A stretch of 64,000 nt of DNA from Chiloscyllium plagiosum (lineage: Eukaryota): the NCBI RefSeq assembly GCF_004010195.1, contig NC_057717.1:26214509-26278508 (forward strand). The letters run 5' to 3'. Shown one piece after another: positions 12,391 to 25,302 of this stretch (the first letter of the stretch is position 1; each line of letters opens with the position of its first letter). The notes under the pieces were generated by a model that saw only the letters and a program-made list of their open reading frames with translations, ran no database searches and was not told where the DNA came from. The translations under genes were made by a program, and so were the position numbers.

Positions 12391-15300
12391 AATAGAACAT
12401 TGAACATAGAAAAGTACTGCTCAGAACAGGCCCTTTGGCCCACGATGTTGTCCCGAGATTTAATCCTAACGTAAAATCTAATAACTAAACTTACACAACC
12501 CTCAACTCACTACTATCCATGTGCATGTCCAGCAATCGCTTAAATGTCTCCAATGATTCTGCTTCCACCACCAGAGCTGGCAGCGCATTCCATGCATTCA
12601 CAACTCTCTGCGTAAAGAACCTACCTCTGACGTCTCCCTTATACCTTCCTCCTATATCTTCAAACTATGACTTCTCATACTAGTCAATCCTGCCCTGGGG
12701 AAACGTGTCCGGCTATTGACTCTATCTGTTCCTCTCATTATTTTGTACACCTCGATCTGGTCTCCTCTCTCCTCCTTGTCTCCAGAGAGAAAGGTCCAAG
12801 CTTGTTCAACCTTTCTTTGTAAAGCAAGCCCTCCAGTCCAGGCAGCATCCTGGTAAAACTTCTTTGCATCCGCTCCAAAGCCTCTGTATCTTTCCTGTAG
12901 TAGGGCGACCACAAATGCACGCAATATTCCTAGTGTGGTCTCACAGGGAATTGCAGAGCTGCAGCAAAACTTCGCAGCTCTTAAACTCGTTAAACCTGTT
13001 AATGAAAGCCAAAACACCATATGCTTCCCTGACACACTATCTACTTGGGTGGCAACTTTGAGGGATCTACACACTTGCCCACCCAGATCCCTCTGTTCCT
13101 CCACTCTGCCAAGAATCCTGTATTTAATGCTATATTCAGGATTCGAATTTGACCATCCAAAATGCATCACTTCGCATTTATCCAGGTTGAACTCCATCTG
13201 CCATTTCTCAGCCCAACTCTGCATCTTGTCTATGTCGCGCTGCAGCTTACAGTAGCCCTTTATACTACCGACGACACCTCCAAACTTTGTGTCATCACCA
13301 AATTTACTAATCCACCCCACAACCTCCTCATCCAAGTCATTTATAAAATCTACAAAGAGCAGAGGCCCAAGAAAACAGCCCTGTGGTATCCCACTCAACA
13401 TTGTCCTCCAAGCAGAATACTTTCCATCTACAACCACTGTCTGCCTTCTGCCAGCCAGCCAATTCTGAATCTAGATAGCCAAATCTCCCTCTATCCCATA
13501 CTTTCTGACTTTACGAATGAGCCTTCCATGGGGAGCCCTATCAAATGCCTTGCTGAATTCCACTTGCACCACATCCACTGCTTGACCGTCGTCGACCTGT
13601 CTTGACACCTCCTCAAAAAGATCAATAAGATTTGTGAGGCATGACCTGCCCCTCACAAAGCCATGCTGACTGCTTTTAATCACATAATGCTTTGCCAAAT
13701 AGTCATAACTCCTATCTCTCAGAATTTTTTCCAAACTTTGCTGACCGCAGACTTAAGACAGACTGGTCTGTAATTGCCAGGGATTTCCCTATTACCCTTC
13801 TTGAAATAAGGAACAACATTCGCCTCCTTCCAATCCTCCGTTACGACTCCCGTGGAGAGTGAGGAGGCTACATTCCTCGCCAGCGGCTTAGCAACATCCA
13901 TTCTCGCTTCCCGGAGCAGTCGACGATAAATCAGCTCTGGCACTGAGGACTTTTCCAAAAATTGCTAGCACATCAACTTCATCAATCTTGATCTGGTCAA
14001 GACTGATCTGGGCCAGTTCCTCTAAGTTTTCATTTACAACAAGTTCCCTTCCCTTGGTGAAAGTCGAAGAAAAAAATCTATTTAGGGCTTCCCCTATCTG
14101 CTCAGACTCCACGCATAAGTCCCCTCCGCTATCCCTGATCGGCCCTACCTTCTCCCTGATTATTCACTTATTCCTCATGTATGAGAAAAATGCCTTTGAA
14201 TTTCCAAACTTTGCTGACCACAGACCTAAGACTGACATTTGCCTCCTTCCAATCCTCCGGTACGACTCCTTCTTGCCAAGCCTTTTTCGTGCCCCATCAT
14301 GGCTCGCCTCAATCCATTTCTGAGCTCCTTTCTAACAAGTCTGTAATCCTCTAAAGTTGTGCTAGATCCTTGCTTCCTCCACCTTACGTAAGCTGCCTGC
14401 TTCCTTTTGTCGAGAAGTTCCTCTTTTCTCGTCATCCAAGGTTCCTTAATCTTACACCTTCTTACCTATCTCAGAGGAACAAATTTGTGTATCACTCACA
14501 ACAACTGCTCCTTAAACAGTCTCCACATGTCTGCTGTGCCCTTTCTGTGGAACAATTGCTCCCAGTCTGTACTTCCCAACTCCTGTCTAATAGCATCATA
14601 ATTTCCTTTTCCCCAATGAAATATCTTCCCTTGGAAACTGCTCCTTTCACTCTCCCACACTATGCTACATGTGAGGCAGTTGTGATCACTGTCACCAAAG
14701 TGCTCTCCCACCGTTATTTTGGCACCTGCCCTGGCTCGTTGCCGAGCACCAAATCCAATATGGCCTCTCCCCTCGTCGGTATATCTACATTCCGAGCAAG
14801 GAAACCCTCTTGAACACACCTGACAAAAATAGCTTCATCCACTCCATCTGCACTTAGGAGGTTCCAGTCGATATTGGGAAAGTGGAAATCACCCATAACA
14901 ATTACCCTACTTCTGCATTTTTCCAGAACCTGCCCGCCTATGAATTCTTCAATCTCTCTACTGCTATTAGGTGGTCTGTAGAAAACCCCCAAATGCAGTG
15001 ACTGTTCCCTTGCTGTTCCTAACTTCCACCCATACTGACTCAGTAGACAAGCCTTACTCAACAACCTTCTTATCTGTAGCTGTGACGCACTCTCTGATTA
15101 GCAATGCTACACTCCCTCCTCATTTTCCACCCACCCTGTTCTTTTTTAGACTACTTACAGTGTGGAAACAGGCCCTTCGGCCCAACAAGTCCACACCATC
15201 CCTCCATAGACCAACCCACCCAGAACCATTCCCTACATTTACCCCTTCATCTAACACTACGGGCAATTTAACATGGCCAATTCACCATAACTGTACATCT

Positions 15301-16005
15301 TTGGATTATGGGAGGAAACCGGAGCACCAGGAGGAAACCCACAGGGAAAATGTGCAAACTCCACACAGACAGTTCCCTGAGGTGGGAATTGAACCCGGGT
15401 CTCTGGCGCTGTGAGGCAACAGTTCTAACCACCGTGCTGCCCTGACACATTTTTAAACGTTCTAAACCCTGGAGCAAGCAACCATCCCTGCCCCTGTGAA
15501 ACCTACGTCTCCGTTATGGCCACGACTTCGTAGCCCCACGTTATGTTCCATGCTCTAAGTTCGTCACTCTTATTTAGGATATTCCTTGCATTAAAGCAGA
15601 CGCACTTTAACTGATCCCTTTGTATCATCGCGTGAGAAACCTTCCTGATAGATTCAATATACCCTGTCACTGTCCCGTCTGCAACTGCCAGAATCACACG
15701 AGCAAACCTCCCAAACAGGACATTTTGGTGCAACCCGTCCTTCATGTACAGGTCCCACCTTATCCAGAAGGTATCCCGATGGTCCACGTATCGGAAGTCC
15801 TCCCTCCTGCACCAGCCTCGCAGCCACGTGTAAAGCTTCATTCGCTAACTGTTCCTCATCTCACTAGCTCGTGGCACTGGTAGCAAACCTGAGATCACTA
15901 CTCTACTCGTCCTGCTCTTCAGCTTCCAAACTAACTTTCCGTGGTCACTTTTCAGATCCTCAGTCCCTTTCCTGGCTATATCTTTGGTACCAAATGATTT
16001 GGTTT
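12391..16005 (-). mobile_element. CR1 LINE, frameshifted: partial ORF1 (SGNH-esterase-like) and ORF2 (endonuclease plus RT)
   Basis: Motifs VVISGLLPVPRAS, VVAITET, MGDFHFPNIDW, QHGFVRGRSCLTNL, FSKAFD, GIPQG..LGPLLF and KFGDDTK. Confidence 0.93.
15148..15443 (-). mobile_element. tRNA-derived SINE nested in the CR1 endonuclease region
   Basis: Reverse complement of the SINE at 21403. Confidence 0.88.
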
Positions 16006-17039
16006 CCACAGCCTTCTGTAGTAAGGAAGTCCACAAATACACCAGTCTCTGGCTAAAGACGTTTCATGTTATCATCCGTTCTAAAATGTCTTCTCTTTGC
16101 TCTAAGCCTATATCCTCCTGCCAGTGCAAACGTCCTCCCAATTTTGTCTGCATCCAGGTCATTCAGTATTCTGTAAGTTTCAATTGGATTCCCCCCCCCC
16201 CCCCCCCCACCCCCATCTTTCTAATCTCCATCGATTAAAAACCCAGAGTTCTCCAACGTTCCTCATGTGTTAAGCTTTTCATTTCTGGTGAGCCTTCTTT
16301 TGACACACACCAAGGCTAATACATTCTTCCTGAGGGATGAGGCATAAAATACTGCAAATGTCGTCTGACCAGAGCCTTAGAAAGCCTCAGAATCCCCACC
16401 ATTATATCCTACTCCTCTCAAGATTAATCGCAACATTGTACCTACCTCCTTAACTCCTGACTCAAACTGCAAGTTATCTAAGGCGAATCCTGCGCTTGGA
16501 ATCCCAAGTCCTTTTGTTACTCAGATTTCTGCTTTTTTCCCATTTAGTAAATAGTCCATTCCTATATTCTTCACACCAAAGTACATGACCTCACATTCTC
16601 CCAAATTGTATTCCATCTGCTACTCCTTTTCCCATTCTCCTAAACTGTCGAAATCTTTCTGCAGGCTCCCTGCCTCCTTAATGATATATGCCCCTCCACC
16701 TATCTTTGCATCATCTGCAAACGTCGCCAGAATGCCTTCCGCCCCGCCACTCAGATCAATAACCTATAAAGTGAAATGTTGTGGTCCCAACATTGACTCT
16801 TGTGGAACAGTGCTAGTCACCGGCTGCCGTCCTGAGAGGGACAATTTTATCCTCACTCTGCATCCTGCCAGAGAGCCAACCTTTTATCCATGCAAGTACC
16901 TGGTCTCTGACACCATGGGTCCTTATCTTACTCTGCAGCCTCCTTTGCAGTACCAGATGAAAGGCCTTTTGGAAGTTCAGATAGATAACTCTCTCTGGTC
17001 CAACTCGTCGTTACCTCCTCAAAGAATTCTCATTATCTT

Positions 17040-17690
17040 GAGAGCAATGTAGGTTATTGTAATCGGGAGCAATCAGAAAGCCAGGGTCATTCCTCCAGAC
17101 AGAGTGGCGATGTTCCTCAAAGCAGTTTCTGTTTGGCTCACTAATGTAAAGGAGACTGCATTGTGAGCAGCAATGACAGGAAACTGGATTGAAAGCGTAC
17201 AAGTTAAATGTTGCTTCACCTGGAAGGTGTGTTTAGGGCTTTAGTCAGTGAGGGAAGAGATGAATGGGCAAATGTTGAAGCTTCTGCATTTACATGGGGA
17301 GATGCCATGGGGGGTGTGGGAAAGTGTTCGGGTGATGGAGGGTGTCACAGAGAGAACGGTCCCTGTGAAATACGGACAGTGGACGGGAGGGGAAGATGTG
17401 TTTGATGGTGCTGTCCTGCTGGAGGTGGTGGAAGTGGCGGAGGATGATTCTGTGAATGTGGATTCTAGTGCAGTGGGAAGGGAGGGCAAGCGGAGGTTGT
17501 TCTGGGAAGGAAGGGACGCAGTGAGGGCAGAAGTGAGGGAGATGGGACAGACACAGCTGAAGGCTCAGTCCATCAGAGTGAGTGGATTTCTCGTTTGAGA
17601 GAAAAGGATGGCATGTAGGAAGCTTCCTAAAGGAATGTGGCATCATCGAACAGAAATGACAGAGCCAGAAAAAAACTGAGAGATTGGAGT
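17040..17690 (-). mobile_element. Penelope-like fragment, duplicate of 8360-9010
   Basis: Peptides ILRHFHHLQQDSTIKHIFPS and PCKCRSFNIC; colinear with the 8.4-9.0 kb segment. Confidence 0.8.
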
Positions 17691-18764
17691 CAATCTCAGC
17701 TGATCATGTGCTCAGCCACATACGTAGGTTCCCCCTGAATGATTGAAAATAGCCAAGCATTTCAAATGCAGATTTATGTCATATATCTGGTCAAATACGG
17801 AGTGTGAAAATAGACACAGGTGAAGGTCAGCAGATGTGTGGGTGGGGGAGGGGGTGGGAACATTTAAGCAGGTACTGCTTAATAACGCTCAGTAATGATT
17901 GGCCCTGGTCAAAGGGAAGGTGATTTGAAGGTATGAAGATGAACCACCCATGATGCGCAAAGGTTGTGAAGGATATTCATCAATCACAAACGACAGAATT
18001 CAGATTGGTGAGCTGTAGCGTCGGCCACATTTGGAAAGTTTACTTTTGGAACCAGAAGCAGATTGTATAAAACAAAATACAAAGAAAAACATTTCTAAAC
18101 TGACAAGAAATATGAAAAGAAACTAACTGCAAGAGTTTTCCCACATCAAATAAAAACGTTCATACTGTGTGTGTGACCCTTGGAAGAAAGGCAGGAGAGA
18201 ATATATGGGACACCTGGAGGATGTGACTGGGGAACTGGTTTCAGGGAACAAGCAGAGAATTTAAAACAGCATTTTACATCGTTTCTCACAGGGGATGGCA
18301 CAAAGAGTTTCAATATTATAAACAGAATTGTAGTCAGATGATAGTTTTGCACCGTCTCTAACAAAACGAACAAGGCTTTTCTCAAACAGAAAAGACCTAG
18401 GGTAAACAGCTCATCAGCAATTCATAGCTTGCTTTAATAAAAGTGGTTACAGAGTGACTGGTGGCACTGTGTGAAATATTGGTAAATATTGCAGATACCA
18501 CAATCAGATCAGCCATGATCTTACTGTCTGGCCGAGCAATGACAAAGTGTCTAATGACCCACTCCTGCTCCTCAGTTTTCTGTTCCTATGTTCCATTCAG
18601 TCCTTAAAACCACTTGGAAAGGAGCAGATAGAGACCACTTGCTCCAAATACCTGGTTCGCAGTAATACAGTTTGGTAAAGATGACTCAGGGATTTTTTAC
18701 TCTCGCACTTTGCTGTCAGGAGGGACAAAGTAAGAGAGAGGGCAGCAATAGACTGTGGCTTACG

Positions 18765-20670
18765 ACCATAAGATCATCGGATATAGGAACAGAAATTAGG
18801 ACATTCAGCCCATCGAGTCTGATCCGCTATCCAATTATGGCTGACAAATTTCTCAAAACCATTCTCCTGCATTCTCCCTGTAACCCTTGATCCCTTTGAT
18901 ACTCAAGAAGCCAACTATCTCTATCTGAAATGTACACAATGACCTGACCTCCACTGCCTTCTGTGTAAATGAATTCCATAGATTCTCCACTCTCTGGCTG
19001 AAGACGTTTCTCCTTACCTCCGTTCTTAAAGGATTTCCCTTTACTCTAAGGTTGTTTCCTTGAGTCCTAGAGTCTCCTACCAATGGAAGTCTTCTCGCCA
19101 TCCGTACTGTCCAGGCCATTTAGTATTCTGTATGTTTCAATTAGATTCCCCCACATCCCTTTGAACTCCATCAAGAACAGACCCAAAGTCCTCAAACGTT
19201 CTCATATGTTAAGCTTTTCCTTCCTGGGACCATTCCCGTGTACCTCCTGTGAACCCATTCCAAGGTCAGCACATCCTTCCTGAGATATGGGGCTCAAACA
19301 GCGCACGATACTCCAAATATTGTCTGACAAGAGCCATATAGAGCCTCAGAAGTACGTCCCTGCTTTTATATTCAAATCCTTTCCAAATAAATTCCAACAG
19401 TGCATTTGTCTTCCTAACTACTGACTCAACCTGCAAGTTTACATTGAGAGAATCCTGGAGTCGAACTCCCAAGTCCCTTTGCACTTCAGACATCTGAATT
19501 TTCTCGGTCGTCCATGTTTTTATTCTTCCTAACAAAGTGCATGTTCCCACAATTTCCCATTTTGTACTCCATCTGCCATTTCTTTGCCCATTATCCTTAC
19601 CTATCCAAATCCTTCGTGAGCGTCCCTGCCTCTTCGACGTTACCTGTCCCTATACCTATTTTTGTTCCATCTTCAAACATAGATAGAATGCCTTCAGATC
19701 CTTCATCTGGATCGCTAATGTATAAAGTGAAAAGTTGTGGTCCCAACTCTGAGCCTTATGGAACACCACTTGTCACTGACTGTCAACCGGAGAGGGACAC
19801 CTTTATCGACACTCTTTGCTTCCTGCCAGACAGCCAAACTTCTATCCATGTTAGCACTTTCCCTCTAACACCATGGGCCCTTGCCTTACTCGGTAGCCTC
19901 CTGTCGGCACATTGTCAAAGATCTTCTGGAAGTCCAGGTGGATGACATCCATTGGCTCTCCTTGGTCTAAGCTGCTCGTTATGTCCTCAAGATTTTCTAG
20001 CAGATTTTCCAGGCATAACCTCCCCTTGATGAAACCATGCTAACTTTTGAATTTACCATCCACATCCAAGTATTCAGAAATCTCATCCTTCACAATGGAT
20101 TCCAGGATCTTACCCACAGCCAAGTTTAGATTAATGAGTCTGTAATTTTCCGTTTTTTGCTTTACTTTTTTTTTAAACAGGGTATCACGTTAGCGATTTT
20201 CCAGTCCTCTGGGAATCTCCCTGATTCGAGAGATTTCTGAAAGATCACCACCAATGCCTCCCCTGTCTCATCAGCTATCTGCCTTAGTCATCTGGAATGG
20301 AGTCCATCTGGTCCAGGTGATTTACTTACCTTCAGGCCATTCAGTTTTCCCAGCACCTTTTCCTTGTTGATGACTACCTTACTCGGGTCTGTCCACTAAG
20401 TATTTTCAATGTTTGGGATATTACTCGTGTTTTCAACCGTGAAGTCTGACACCAAGTAATTTTTCAACTCCTCAGCCATTTCCTTGTTCCACATTACTAT
20501 CTCTCCTGTGTCAATATCTAGCGATCAGATGCTCAGTTTTGCCTCTCGTTTGCCTTTTATGTGTCCAAAGAAGCTCTTAGAGTCTTTCTTTACATGACTA
20601 GCTTACTTACCCTCATATTTAACCTTCTCACTCCTTATTTCTTTTTTTTTGCTCTCTGTTGGTCTTTGCA
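18765..20670 (-). mobile_element. 5'-truncated CR1 LINE (RT plus 3' end)
   Basis: Peptides QRDLGV, LLRLYMALVRQYLEY and RRNVFSQRVENLWNS. Confidence 0.88.
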
Positions 20671-20672
20671 AG

Positions 20673-21230
20673 TGTTACGACATGGTGGTGACCGCCTCTG
20701 TTAATTAAACCAAACACCCAGGAAAGCTCAAGTCACCTCATAATCTATTAGAATATGAGTGACAGAGAACTCCCAAATTCCACTACTTAAAGAAAATAAC
20801 GCCAATTTATTTTTAACTATAAAAGTGAACATTACGCCACAACTATTTACAACTTTAAGCAACCCACCTCCACAACTGCCCCAAAACTCTAACAATATGT
20901 TGTTTCAATAAGACACTTATGAAGATTATATCAACTTAATTTAACTGCCGTCCTCTGTGATATTACTCTTCTGGCTGCTGAATTCCTTGGGTAGTCGTAA
21001 TTCTGTTTACTGTGAATATGTTTCATATGAAAAAATATCTATAATAGTGAGTATTTCCTAATTTCTTGCGGAGCGACATGGTTGATCCCCAGGCCTCTTC
21101 CATCTCGATGGCATCTGCTCCCTCCCTAATTTTCAAAATGTTCGCATTTTTATATCCCCAGCATCAAATTGTCTCACTGGTTCAATGTTAGCAAAACAAT
21201 AAATTCAATCTCGATTTGCTTTCTGTGACA
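20673..21230. mobile_element. Possible solo LTR
   Basis: Starts TGTTAC and ends GTGACA (TG...CA with short inverted termini) and cuts off the CR1. No target-site duplication is visible. Confidence 0.3.
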
Positions 21231-21402
21231 GAGAGAGTGAAGGAAATAGAGTGTTGCATGCAATAGTGAGAGTGGTGGAGCAAGAGCCTTGTTCGGGGGT
21301 AGGTGCTGTAACATATATACAGAGAGTATAATTGTCCTGGCCGAGCGGGGAAGGTTATTGATGCTTGTCCTGTATTGATGGGCATTTCTTCAGATCATCT
21401 AG

Positions 21403-21743
21403 TGGGCGGCACGGTGGCACAGTGGTTAGCACTGCTGCCTCACAGCGCCTGAGACCCGGGTTCAATTCCCGCCTCAGGCGACTGACTGTGAGGAGTTTGC
21501 ACGTTCTCCCCGTGTCTGCGTGGGTTTCCTCCGGGTGCTCCGGTTTCCTCCCACAGTCCAAAGATGTGCAGGGTCAGGTGAATTGGCCATGCTAAATTGC
21601 CCGTAGTGTTAGGTAAGGGGTAAATGTAGGGGTATGGGCGGGTTTCGCTTCGGCGGGTCGGTGTGGACTTGTTGGGCCGAAGGGCCTGTTTCCACACTGT
21701 AATGTAATCTAATCTAATGTAATCTAATGTAATCTAATCTAAT
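21403..21743 (+). mobile_element. Full-length tRNA-derived shark SINE (HE1/V-SINE-like) with (TCTAA)n tail
   Basis: Pol III A box TGGCACAGTGG and B box GGTTCAATTCC, conserved core GTGGGTTTCCTCCGGGTGCTCCGGTTTCCTCCCAC, and a CR1-like 3' end. Confidence 0.92.
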
Positions 21744-23296
21744 CTCAGCATCGGGATGGGCCTCCCCAGTGTCCTGTCCACGTCTATCACTAATAACACC
21801 ACAGAGCACATCCCACAGCTTCTTCAGAATCAGTTTGTATGGATCTTGCAAACAACAAGGAGGAACACACATTGGTGCCTTACATATCTAAACCAAAACT
21901 GTTGTGCAATTTTGTGCATTTGATTCTCTGTAAATTAGATATGCAAATATCGTGGCTGCTGCAGTAATACTGGATGATCTAAAATTGCATCTAAACTGCG
22001 TTAACTAAATGATTGCTAATGCTGCGAAAATACATTTTATAAGTGTATATGAGGTCGGCTGAAGAATATGTTGTGAACCAAAGTAGAGAGCAGGTTATTT
22101 TGGGCGTAGTGTTGTGTGGTCAGAAGGACTAATTACTTACCGTGCTCTGAGGCAGCTTTTGGGCAATCGTGAAATTAATATGTTGCATTTTACACGGCGC
22201 CTGCAAGCAATATAGAATGTTTGAACATTACACTCAAATATCATGGAAACCTGAAGGCTAGAGGGTCAAGTGAATTCGAAAAATACAATGACATTTAATG
22301 TGAGACAAACATGGGCTGTTAGTGATAGAAATACTGTAAAGTCTGAAAAAATACGTACATATCATTAACTTAAAAACAGCAACGAAAGGGAAGGTGACTC
22401 ATTAATAGTTTGCGTAAGAAATTAATGATTGCATTAAATCTAAAGAAGCAGCTTCAGAAAAATTCCAGATATTGCGCAAACCTGAACATTCTGAGAGATT
22501 TACTTTTCTGAAAATAAGGATGAAGGAAGTGTTAAGGAAATCAAAAAGAACATGAATACAAACAAACAGGAATCACAAAGACTGCTCAAATCCATATACC
22601 AAAGAAAACAAAAGTAAGGCCAAATGTGGACATTTGTAAGGTATAGAAGAATTTATTGTGAGGAACAAGGAAATGGCAGAGAAACTAACCGGCTACTTTG
22701 CATCTGTCTTCATGGAGACAGCGCCAGGAAATCTCTGTGCAAAGCAAGTGATCACATGGGACTTGTGAAACTAAAGACATAAAGTCAATTCATATCAGCA
22801 ACAAGGTAGTACTTGAAAATGGAGCTATAAAGTCCATTCATATCAGCAACAAGGTAGTACTTGAAAATTGAGATATATTGATCATTGCTAAGTCTGATAG
22901 GCCAGATATACTTCATATCAAAATGTCAGAAATAAAACAGCATATTAATTGAACTGTCGGTGACTGTGTTTTATTTTCTTGCAGATCCTGCAATGGCCAT
23001 AGCCATTGTAGATAACTGAAAGGTAGTAAACATGATCCATCTATGTACACGTGGAAGAAGAGATAATGTGGAGGACTGCAGACCAATTGATTTGACATAT
23101 GTAGGGAAAGAGTTGGAATCCATTATATAAGATGTGATATTGGGTACTTAGAAATGAACAGCAAAATTGCAGAGAATCACAATGCATTTCTGACAGAGAC
23201 ATCATGCCTGACAAACTTCAGAATTATTTGAAGTTCTTTCTTGCAGCATAGACCACAGACACCCGTGGAAGTAGTGTATTTGGATTTTCAGAAGTC

Positions 23297-25302
23297 TCGG
23301 CGGGCGGGAAAAATTCCTGGCTGTAACAGCTGCTCCTTTTTTGAGCTATTTTAGCTGTTTGAGGTGATTTCCTCGAATTCCAGAAGCAGCAATTACTGTT
23401 TTGTATGCTGTTGCATTGTTTTGGAACTTTGGGAAAAAAACAGTCAAAGCAACAGCAGTTTTAAGAGGGAAAAGAACAAAGGAAGCACATGGTGAGGGGA
23501 AGAAACTGACAGGACAGCGTAAATGCACAGTTACTGCCTTTGCTGTTTGAATTCATGTATCGCTAGATATCGGAGTGCCTCTCGGAAAATTAACAAACAG
23601 TGAAATTTACAACTGGTTTGAGGAACTGTTTAGGCAACGTTTCCAGACAGATAGTGAATTGTTTTAACTGTGTCCTACAGAAAACCTGCAGAAGTGAGTA
23701 GAGTGGGTTCTTCCTTAATTATATGTTTTTGAGATATGTCTCTTGATTAATCTTAAAATATAAGCCATAAATATTAATTTAACCTTGGACAGTATTTTGT
23801 AGTGGAATAAGACAGTTTTCTTTTTCTGGGTCTGTAGATTGTGAAGGAGCACAAATGGTCTTAGTAGAATCATATACGCTTTTAGTCAGATGTGGGAGTT
23901 TAAGGAGGATTTAAGGGTTACTGCAGAATATATCTGCAATAAATGCTTCTGGTTGCGAATCCTATCAGATCGAATGGACCGGGTGGAGAGACAGTTTAAG
24001 ACAATGAAGAATTGGTGACAGCAACAGTATGTGATGGATGGCAGTTATAGGAAGGGGGGAAAGTCTCAGATACAGTTACATAGATGGGTTAACTCCAAGA
24101 AAGGCAAGATAATGAAGTAGCTAGTGCAAGAGTCTTCTGGGGCTGTCCCCATTTCAAACAACTATGCTGTTTTGAAAAATGTAGCGGGTGATGGATTCAC
24201 AGGGGAACATAGCACGAGCAGGCAAGTTTCTGGTATGGAGACTGGCTGTAATGCAACAAGGGATACGTCGGATTCCACGAGGTCAATTGTGTTAGGGGAC
24301 TCGGGAGACAGACAACGGTTCTGTGGCCAGCAGAGAAAAAAGCAGAATGGTGTGCTGCTTCCCTGGTGCCAGAATCAAGGATGTCTCAGAAAGGGTGCAG
24401 AGTGTTCTCACGGGGGAGAGGGGTCAGCAAGAGATCATTGTCCAAACTGGAACCAACGACATAGGAAGGGAAAAAAATTGACATTATGGACGGAGATTGC
24501 AGGATGTTAGGCAGATATTTAAAAAGGAGGTTCTTGAGAGTAGTAATATCTGGATTACTCCTTGCGCTACGAGCTAGTGAAGGCAGGAATAGAGGGATAG
24601 AGTAGATGAATGCATGGCTGTGGAGCTGGTGTATGGGAGAAGGATTCACATTTTTGGATCACTGGAATCTCTTTTGGGGTAGAAGGAACCCGTGCCAGAA
24701 GGAAGGATTGTACCTGAATTGGAAGGGGGCGAATATACTGGCAGGGAGATTTGCTACAGCTGCTCGGAAGGATTTAAACTAGTAAAGGGGTGGGGGGCGC
24801 TGGGGGCTGGGCGATAGTGAGGAAATAGATCAATCTGAGATTGGTACAATTGAGAATAGAAACGAGTCAAGCAGTCAGGGCAGGCAAGGACAAGGTAGGA
24901 CTAATAAAGTAAATTGCATTTATTTCAATGTACAGGGCCCTAACAGGGAAGGCAGATGAACTCAGGGCATGGCTAGGAACATGGGACTGGGATATCATAG
25001 CAATTACAGAAACATGGCTCAGGGATGGGCAGGACTGGCAGCTAAATATTCCAGGATCCAAATGCGACAGAAAAGATAGAAAGAGAGGCAGGACAGGAGG
25101 GGGAGACGCGTTTTTGATTAGGGATAGCATTACAGCTGTACTAAGGGAGGATATTCCTGGAAATACATCCAGGGAAGTTATTTGGCAGAACTGAGAAATA
25201 AGAACGGGATGATCAACTTATTGGGATTGTATTAGAGACTCCCTAATAGTCAGAGGGAAATTGAGAAACAAACTTGTAAGGAGATCTCAGCTATCTGTAA
25301 GA
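23297..25302 (+). mobile_element. 5' half of a CR1 LINE (5' UTR, ORF1, start of ORF2 endonuclease), truncated at the minisatellite
   Basis: ORF1 peptides VPISNNYAVL and SIVLGDS; ORF2 peptide KADELRAWLGTWDWDIIAITETWL. Confidence 0.88.

Larger units (their letters stand above)
12222..17030 (-). mobile_element. Older CR1 LINE (12222-12390 plus about 16010-17030) split by a second CR1
   Basis: A CR1 3' tail at 12222 and RT remnants resuming near 16010; the host sequence resumes at about 17037. Confidence 0.7.

Noticed and set aside
21403-21480. tRNA gene
   Set aside because: The A and B boxes belong to a SINE head that continues into the SINE core and tail.
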